Assembly (NCBI GenBank): GCA_041659685.1
Contig: JBAZXV010000002.1
Coordinates: 120,195 to 184,194, forward strand
Direction: 5' to 3'
Length of the DNA stretch: 64,000 bases
DNA from: Parcubacteria group bacterium
GTDB taxonomy: Bacteria; Patescibacteriota; Minisyncoccia; Moranbacterales; UBA11712
A model generated the notes under the pieces. It saw only the letters and a list, made by a program, of their open reading frames with translations. It was not told the DNA's origin and did no database searches. The position numbers and the translations under genes are program-made. Position 1 is the first letter of the stretch. Every line of letters starts with the position of its first letter. Shown piece after piece: positions 57,626 through 64,000 of this stretch.

Positions 57626-58737
57626 TTTTTTCGAAGCATCTTAAAGCGAAAAAATTCGGTGAAACGGAGGCCGTTATAATGTCCGGCCGCGATCGCGAGC
57701 AGGATGGAGGCGGCGAAAATGAGCCAGATGGCGCCATACGATTGCGTAATAAGATAGCTGCCGATGAAAGTGAGGACAACGGCCAAGGCCATGGTTTGCA
57801 CCGTGAGCAAGATTGCGTCGCCAATTCGGTGTTCGCCGACAGTTTTCGAAAATCTTTCGATGATGTGAGTCGTGATGATGAGCGGAAAAAAGACCGTGGT
57901 GACGGCGACTTGAAAACCGAGCGGCAGAAAAGAAAAACCGACCAGTGACAAAACGACAGCCGACATAATGAGCGACATTTCGGCGACATGCGGCAGTTTC
58001 AATTTTTCAAAAAAAATAATTTTGAAGCCGGTGCCGATGGAAATGAGAAAAATATAAATAAAAATTCCCTGAACGATGTTTGGCGACATCAAAATGAGCG
58101 AAAGGGCGATGACGACGGGAGCAAAAACTCCAAAAGTTCTGAGACCCCCGATGAGCTGGAAAAGAACCACTAGAGCGCCGAGAATCGGGATGATGAGAAT
58201 GTCTTTGCTGACGGCGCGGTTGGCCGAGCGAGCCAAAATTATGGCTTTTGAGAATCGCTGATTGACCGGAGCTTTCGGTTCATTCAAAAATTGTCGGGCC
58301 GGATCAATGGTGAATCCGAGAAGATCTTGGCGTCCGATGATCATGTCGGTGTTGAGTTGCGACCGATCGGCGACGGACAGAACTGAACTGATAGTTTTGT
58401 CTCCGAGGATAAATTCTGCATTGACAGTTTCTCGAACCTGAACTCCCGAGGCACTGATAACCCGGCGTTTCAATTTGTTGCGCTGAAGTCCCAGTCGGTC
58501 GGCGAGCGAAGAGTCGATGGCGGAAAAATCCGCGCCTGTGTCGGTTTTGGCGACGATATTGGCCGGACCCTGAGGCGAGAGCAGAATGACATTTTCCTGA
58601 GATCCGATCAGGGAGCTCGTTTCGTTTCTTGATTCAAAAAAATCGATGAGAACCCCGGCCAAGATTGCGAGGGCGAGGGCGGTCGAAAAAATGGCGATTC
58701 TGCGGCGTTTTGAAATTTTTGGGTTGGTGAATTGCAT
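57622..58737 (-). CDS. Aspartic-protease-like (RimB/retropepsin) domain fused to a 7TM transglutaminase-associated membrane domain
   Basis: AKTDTGADFSAID, DRS......IGR; GLRTFGVFAP, FP.II.T..IER, G.Y.GLR..E..RF. Confidence 0.8.
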   Translation of the reverse strand: MQFTNPKISKRRRIAIFSTALALAILAGVLIDFFESRNETSSLIGSQENVILLSPQGPANIVAKTDTGADFSAIDSSLADRLGLQRNKLKRRVISASGVQVRETVNAEFILGDKTISSVLSVADRSQLNTDMIIGRQDLLGFTIDPARQFLNEPKAPVNQRFSKAIILARSANRAVSKDILIIPILGALVVLFQLIGGLRTFGVFAPVVIALSLILMSPNIVQGIFIYIFLISIGTGFKIIFFEKLKLPHVAEMSLIMSAVVLSLVGFSFLPLGFQVAVTTVFFPLIITTHIIERFSKTVGEHRIGDAILLTVQTMALAVVLTFIGSYLITQSYGAIWLIFAASILLAIAAGHYNGLRFTEFFRFKMLRKK

Positions 58738-58953
58738 ATGTTTGAATTAATATATCCTTCTCCTAACTATACTCATATTTCAGAATTTTACAAAAAAAAT
58801 TATTCACTATTTTTCTTAGAAAATTTAGTCAATATATTTGTATTTACCGTTTCATACTGCAATATTGACAAAATAATAGTTTTGTTGTAGCTTCACAACA
58901 GATCCAGGGAATAACTCCCGATGGATATAACCCTAACTAAGGAGGACATAAAA

Positions 58954-59409
58954 ATGTCCGAGCATCAGTGGCCGACTCTTTATGAGGTGTATTTCGCAGT
59001 ATGGAAAGCGCTGGGTGAAGAAGGCATTAGGATGGTTCAATATGGGGAAGTTGAATTTCCCTGCAGCGCTAGTCGTTTCAATGATTGCATTCCGGCAGAT
59101 ATTTTTATTTACCTCACTCGGTATTACTTTAAAGCTGAGTTGAGGGTAGTAAAAAGTGATAGTGAAAGTGCCTGGGTAAGAGAAGCGGTCCTAAGGCAGA
59201 TATCGAAAGACTTTAAGGAGTCCTATACGGTATACGCGAGGGATTTCAAGAGCGGACTATTTTGTCCGGTCCGCGAAATGGCCTGGAACCTGGCCGGAGC
59301 GCTGGAAGCGTTTCGGACTCTGTGGCCGAAAATAAAAGCGTCCGAGGAGAAATACAGCACTAAACTCGAAGAAATCAGACAGCGGGCACTCGACGAGTGC
59401 TTTGGCTAA
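58954..59409 (+). CDS. Hypothetical protein
   Basis: AAGGAGG SD before ATG 58954; upstream TTGACA and downstream terminator-like hairpin. Confidence 0.65.
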   Translation: MSEHQWPTLYEVYFAVWKALGEEGIRMVQYGEVEFPCSASRFNDCIPADIFIYLTRYYFKAELRVVKSDSESAWVREAVLRQISKDFKESYTVYARDFKSGLFCPVREMAWNLAGALEAFRTLWPKIKASEEKYSTKLEEIRQRALDECFG

Positions 59410-59517
59410 AAGCAACAAGAAGATGAAAAGAAATTGGGAGGCGTTGGCTGGATGCGGCGCCTCTTTTCAATGGTGGACTTTTATTTTTTTAGTGTATATA
59501 ATTTATGAACGATGCGT

Positions 59518-59542
59518 TTTCCTAACATTTAATGTTAGGAAA
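59518..59542. repeat. REP-like palindrome, same family as 4812-4832
   Basis: TTTCCTAACATT-T-AATGTTAGGAAA. Confidence 0.8.
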
Positions 59543-59560
59543 TGAAAACAATGCTAGGAA

Positions 59561-61561
59561 ATGAAATTCAAAATTAACTCCAAATTCAAGCCCGATGGGG
59601 ATCAGCCCAAGGCGATCAAGGATTTGACCGCCGGGCTTCGCAGTGGCGCGAAATTCCAAACACTTCTTGGAGTGACTGGGTCGGGCAAGACTTTCACGAT
59701 GGCGAATGTGATTGAGAATGTCCAGAAACCGACACTAGTCATTGCGCCGAACAAAACGCTCGCTGCCCAGCTCGCGCAGGAATTTCGCACATTTTTTCCG
59801 AAAAACGCGGTCGAATATTTTGTCTCCTACTATGATTATTACCAGCCGGAAGCATATATCGCTTCGTCCGACACATATATCGAAAAAGAAGCGGAGATAA
59901 ACGATGAAATTGACCGGCTCCGTCATGCGGCGACGGTGGCGGTTATGTCGCGAAAGGACTCGATTGTGGTGGCGTCGGTTTCCTGCATCTATGGCTTGGG
60001 ATCGCCGGAATTTTATGAGGACATTTCTCTCAGTCTCAAGATCGGAGAAGCGGCAGACAGAGATAAGTTAATCAAAGATCTGACGGACATGCATTTTTTT
60101 CGGTCGGAATATCTGTCTCGCGGGAAGTTTCGCGCGCATGGAGATACGATCGAAGTCATGTCGCCGTCACGGGAAATAATAACGAGAATTGAGATAGGAG
60201 ATGGGAGAGTGGGGAAAATATCGGAGTATGATTTTCTGACCGGTGAGGCTCTTGGAATTCTCGATAAAGTTTTGATATACCCGGCAAAGCATTTTGTCGT
60301 TCCCGAACCGCTAATGGAGGAAGCGCTTGGAAAGATAGAGACAGAGATGAGAGACAGAGTGGATTATTTTAAGAAACATAATAAACTGCTTGAAGCCGAG
60401 AGGATATACCGCCGGACAAAACAAGATCTTGAGATGATGCGGGAAATCGGGTATTGCAACGGGATTGAAAATTATTCCCGCTATTTGACCGGCCGCGTCC
60501 CGGGGGAAGCTCCTTATACTCTTGTAGACTATTTCAGCAAAGATTTTTTGATTATAATCGACGAATCTCACGTAACCGTTCCTCAGCTCAACGCGATGTA
60601 TAACGGCGACCATGCCCGCAAAAAAGCGCTTATCGATAACGGTTTTCGGCTTCCGAGCGCTTTCGACAATCGGCCGCTGAAATTCAGTGAATTTGAAAAG
60701 AAAATCAATCAAGTAATTTTCACTTCAGCGACTCCGGCTGAGTACGAAAAGCGTAACTCGAAACGCGTAACGCATAACGCGACAGGAATCGTTGAACAGA
60801 TTATCAGGCCTACTGGCTTAATAGATCCTGAGCTGGTTATTAAACCCGCGAAGGGGCAGGTGAAGGACGTGATTGAGGAGATAAAGGAAGAGATTAAAGA
60901 TAAAGATAGAGATAGAGAAATGAGAGGGAGAGTGCTGGTGACGACGCTGACCAAAAAAATGGCCGAAGATCTTGCCGAATTTTTGAAAGAAAATGAGATA
61001 AAATCGGAATATCTGCATTCCGGAGTGGACACCATGGACCGGGTGCGGATTCTCGAAAATTTACGCCGGGGAAAATTTGATGTTTTGGTGGGCGTGAATC
61101 TTCTGCGGGAAGGCCTTGATTTGCCGGAAGTGTCGCTGGTGACCATTCTTGATGCGGACAAAGAAGGTTTTTTGCGATCCGAAACATCGCTCGTTCAAAC
61201 GATCGGCCGCGCGGCGCGGAATATTTCCGGACGGGTGATTCTCTACGCTGACAAAATCACGGGCTCGATGAAACGGGCGATTGATGAAACCAACCGCCGG
61301 CGAGAAACGCAAACAGCTTACAACAAAAAGCATCATATCACGCCGAAAACAATCAAAAAGAAGATTGAATCGATTGTCGATCACGAACTCAAACCCGAAA
61401 TTCCGCGGGAATTTGTGAAACTCGAATCTCTTGAGGATATTGCGGGATATCTGAAAATCAAGGAACGCGAAATGAAAGAAGCGGCGCGGAATATGGAATT
61501 TGAAAAAGCGGCGGTGATCCGGGATGAAATCATACAACTGAGGAAGTTGCAGATGGGATAG
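59561..61561 (+). CDS. uvrB: Excinuclease ABC subunit B
   Basis: GDQP, GVTGSGKT, YYDYYQPEAY, DESH, NLLREGLD, QTIGRAARN. Confidence 0.98.
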   Translation: MKFKINSKFKPDGDQPKAIKDLTAGLRSGAKFQTLLGVTGSGKTFTMANVIENVQKPTLVIAPNKTLAAQLAQEFRTFFPKNAVEYFVSYYDYYQPEAYIASSDTYIEKEAEINDEIDRLRHAATVAVMSRKDSIVVASVSCIYGLGSPEFYEDISLSLKIGEAADRDKLIKDLTDMHFFRSEYLSRGKFRAHGDTIEVMSPSREIITRIEIGDGRVGKISEYDFLTGEALGILDKVLIYPAKHFVVPEPLMEEALGKIETEMRDRVDYFKKHNKLLEAERIYRRTKQDLEMMREIGYCNGIENYSRYLTGRVPGEAPYTLVDYFSKDFLIIIDESHVTVPQLNAMYNGDHARKKALIDNGFRLPSAFDNRPLKFSEFEKKINQVIFTSATPAEYEKRNSKRVTHNATGIVEQIIRPTGLIDPELVIKPAKGQVKDVIEEIKEEIKDKDRDREMRGRVLVTTLTKKMAEDLAEFLKENEIKSEYLHSGVDTMDRVRILENLRRGKFDVLVGVNLLREGLDLPEVSLVTILDADKEGFLRSETSLVQTIGRAARNISGRVILYADKITGSMKRAIDETNRRRETQTAYNKKHHITPKTIKKKIESIVDHELKPEIPREFVKLESLEDIAGYLKIKEREMKEAARNMEFEKAAVIRDEIIQLRKLQMG

Positions 61562-61733
61562 TGTTGAAATTGATTTATTAACTGTATAGTAGTAATATCG
61601 ATAGAACCCCCCGCACCAAATTATCTGGTGCTACATGGAAATGTAAATTAGGGGCGTTTTTTGAGTTTGAGAAGAAAATTTGGTGCGGGACAAGCCAATT
61701 TCAGGCACTTTTTGCATTTCAACAAAATAATAT

Positions 61734-64000
61734 ATGGATAAGATTGTTATAAGAGGCGCTAGGGAACATAATTTGAAAAACGTGAATCTCGAACTTCCTC
61801 GGGGGAAGTTTATCGTGTTCACCGGAATCAGCGGGTCGGGGAAATCCACGCTGGCTTTTGATACCATTTTTGCCGAAGGGCAGAGGCGGTATCTTGAGAG
61901 TCTTTCGAGTTATGCCCGGCAATTTTTGGGACAAATGGAAAAGCCGGATGTCGATTCGATTGAGGGCCTCAGCCCGGCGATTTCGATTGACCAAAAAGCG
62001 TCATCTCACAACCCGCGCTCGACCGTCGGAACCGTGACGGAAATTCATGACTATTTGAGGCTTTTGTATGCGAAAATCGGTGTGGCGCACTGCCCTGAAT
62101 GCGGAAAAGAAATATCGAAAATGTCGATCGATGAAATCGTGGATCGGATTTTGGAAGCCGGGAACGGATCGAAAATAGAAATACTCGCGCCCGTTGTTCG
62201 GGAAAGAAAAGGGGATTATGCGACACTTCTTGGGGAAATGTGGAAACGAGGGTTCGGAAAGGCGTATATTGACGGCCAAAAAGTGAATCTTGAAGAAGAA
62301 GCCAAAAAGGGGAAAGTTCTGGCAAGATACAAAAAACACAGCATTGATATTTTGATCGACACGGTCGAGATCAATGATAAAAATATTAGCCGCATATTTG
62401 AGTCGGTTGAGTCGGCGCTCAAGTTGTCGCAAGGGCTAGTAAAAATTATTCCCGAAACGCATAACGCGAAACGCGACACGCGAAATGAAGAAATTATTTT
62501 CAATCAAAACATGGCATGTGTGGATCACGAAGACGTGACTTTTCCGGAAATTGAGCCGCGACTTTTTTCATTCAACAGTCCGCAGGGAGCGTGTCCCGAG
62601 TGCGAGGGACTCGGCACAAAAAAAGAAATTGATCCGAATTTGGTGATCCCCGACAAAAGCCGAACTATCGCCGAGGGAGCCATTATGCCTTGGAGTTACA
62701 AACCGAACAATTACCAAGGTTCGATTCTCCGCGCCGTGACGAACTACTACCGTATTCCCGATAACGTCCGCTTTCGGGATCTTCCTGAAAAACAGCAGGA
62801 AATCCTTATCAGCGGGGAAGAAGAACCTGATTCAATAGAAGTCCGCCTCAAAACAAAAACCGGCGCAGTTTGGCGTTTTGATGTGAAATGGAACGGGATT
62901 TTGGGTTTCATGCGCGACCGTTATTTCAAAACGGATTCCGAAAGCGTGCGGCAGGACATTGAAAAATATATGTCGCAAAGCGCTTGCCCGGCCTGTAAAG
63001 GCTCAAGACACAAGCCCGAAGCCTTGCTGATCACTGTTGGCGGGGCAAGTATCGCTGAAATTTCGGGCATAAGCGTTGCGGAGACCCTGAAATCTTTTGA
63101 TGGAATAAAATTGAACGAAAGGGAAAAAATAATTGCCGATAAAATCTTAAAAGAGATCCAGAATCGTCTCGGATTTTTGAAAGATGTGGGACTCGGGTAT
63201 CTTACTTTGGGGCGCGCCGCGAACACTCTGGCGGGAGGGGAGACGCAAAGAATCCGCCTTGCTTCGCAAATCGGCTCGCAACTTGTCGGTGTATTGTATA
63301 TTCTTGATGAACCGTCCGTTGGTCTTCATGCGCGGGACAATGCCAAGCTTCTTGAGACGCTTTTGAAACTTCGGGACATTGGCAACACGGTGATTGTCAT
63401 TGAACACGATGAAGAAACCATTCGAGCCGCCGACCATTTGGTTGATATCGGTCCGGGAGCAGGCAAACATGGCGGAGAGGTCGTGGCGGAAGGTTCTGTT
63501 TTGGAAGTTGAGAAGAGCAAAAAATCCATTACAGCCCAATATTTGCGGGGAGATCTTGAAATCGAGATTCCGCGCGAACGCCGTCCGGTGCGAAACAAAA
63601 AATGGCTGACGGTCAAAGGCGCGACAGAGCATAATCTCAAAAATGTGACCGTTGATTTTCCGCTCAAGACTTTGACTTGCGTGACAGGTGTTTCGGGCTC
63701 GGGGAAATCGACGCTCGTTGAAGATATTTTGGGAAAAGGTCTTTCGGCGAAAATAATGCGCTCGCTTGAGCGGCCGGGACGTCACAAAGAAATTCTCGGA
63801 ACGCAGTATGTCGACAAAGTGATTCACATTGATCAATCACCGATTGGGCGCACGCCGCGTTCGAATCCGGCGACCTATGTCGGTTTTTTCACTTTGATCC
63901 GGGAACTTTTCGCGATGACGAAAGACGCGCGGGAAAGGGGATACGGGCCGGGAAGATTTTCATTTAATGTAAACGGGGGAAGATGCGACAACTGTCGGGG
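61734..64000 (+). CDS. uvrA: Excinuclease ABC subunit A (runs off the window)
   Basis: Not in the ORF track; MDKIVIRGAREHNLKN, TGISGSGKS, EGQRRYLESLS, LAGGETQRIRLA, second GVSGSGKS. Confidence 0.97.
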   Translation, partial: MDKIVIRGAREHNLKNVNLELPRGKFIVFTGISGSGKSTLAFDTIFAEGQRRYLESLSSYARQFLGQMEKPDVDSIEGLSPAISIDQKASSHNPRSTVGTVTEIHDYLRLLYAKIGVAHCPECGKEISKMSIDEIVDRILEAGNGSKIEILAPVVRERKGDYATLLGEMWKRGFGKAYIDGQKVNLEEEAKKGKVLARYKKHSIDILIDTVEINDKNISRIFESVESALKLSQGLVKIIPETHNAKRDTRNEEIIFNQNMACVDHEDVTFPEIEPRLFSFNSPQGACPECEGLGTKKEIDPNLVIPDKSRTIAEGAIMPWSYKPNNYQGSILRAVTNYYRIPDNVRFRDLPEKQQEILISGEEEPDSIEVRLKTKTGAVWRFDVKWNGILGFMRDRYFKTDSESVRQDIEKYMSQSACPACKGSRHKPEALLITVGGASIAEISGISVAETLKSFDGIKLNEREKIIADKILKEIQNRLGFLKDVGLGYLTLGRAANTLAGGETQRIRLASQIGSQLVGVLYILDEPSVGLHARDNAKLLETLLKLRDIGNTVIVIEHDEETIRAADHLVDIGPGAGKHGGEVVAEGSVLEVEKSKKSITAQYLRGDLEIEIPRERRPVRNKKWLTVKGATEHNLKNVTVDFPLKTLTCVTGVSGSGKSTLVEDILGKGLSAKIMRSLERPGRHKEILGTQYVDKVIHIDQSPIGRTPRSNPATYVGFFTLIRELFAMTKDARERGYGPGRFSFNVNGGRCDNCR

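Noticed and set aside
1-64000. Alternative genetic code (TGA read as Gly, as in Gracilibacteria/SR1)
   Set aside because: Full-length conserved genes (lexA, rodA, murA, serS, mreB) end in TGA and have no internal TGA

Overview
Bacterial chromosomal window with standard genetic code (TGA used as stop). It is most consistent with a Patescibacteria/CPR (Parcubacteria-like) genome, inferred from the class I LysRS, two MreB paralogues, GT-C glycosyltransferases, a CPR-type VirD4-like ATPase and few metabolic genes. Most of it is housekeeping: tRNA modification and translation (elp3, Trm9-like methyltransferase, miaA, miaB, thrS, gatB, lysS, serS, frr, rplY), pyrimidine nucleotide metabolism, cell wall and elongasome (rodA, murA, mreB x2, mreC, mreD, mrdA, ftsQ), and repair (lexA-like, uvrB, uvrA). 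No tRNA, rRNA or CRISPR array was recognised. Most interesting observations: (1) a RAYT with REP-like palindromes, plus several palindromic or heptameric repeat families inserted in frame into conserved genes (miaA, miaB, greA, uvrA, uvrB) or supplying start codons (gatB, uvrB); (2) a chimeric aminotransferase-5'/serS-3' mini-ORF recording tandem capture of two alternative cassettes; (3) twin promoter/leaderless 14-codon uORF/terminator units flanking pyrB; (4) a candidate structured non-coding element family at about 6.8, 19.7 and 54.8 kb; (5) a head-to-head Elp3 plus Trm9/ALKBH8-like pair, suggesting eukaryote/archaea-like wobble-uridine modification; (6) a large HEAT-repeat membrane protein clustered with a VirD4-like ATPase. 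All calls come from reading motifs by eye; no database search was run.
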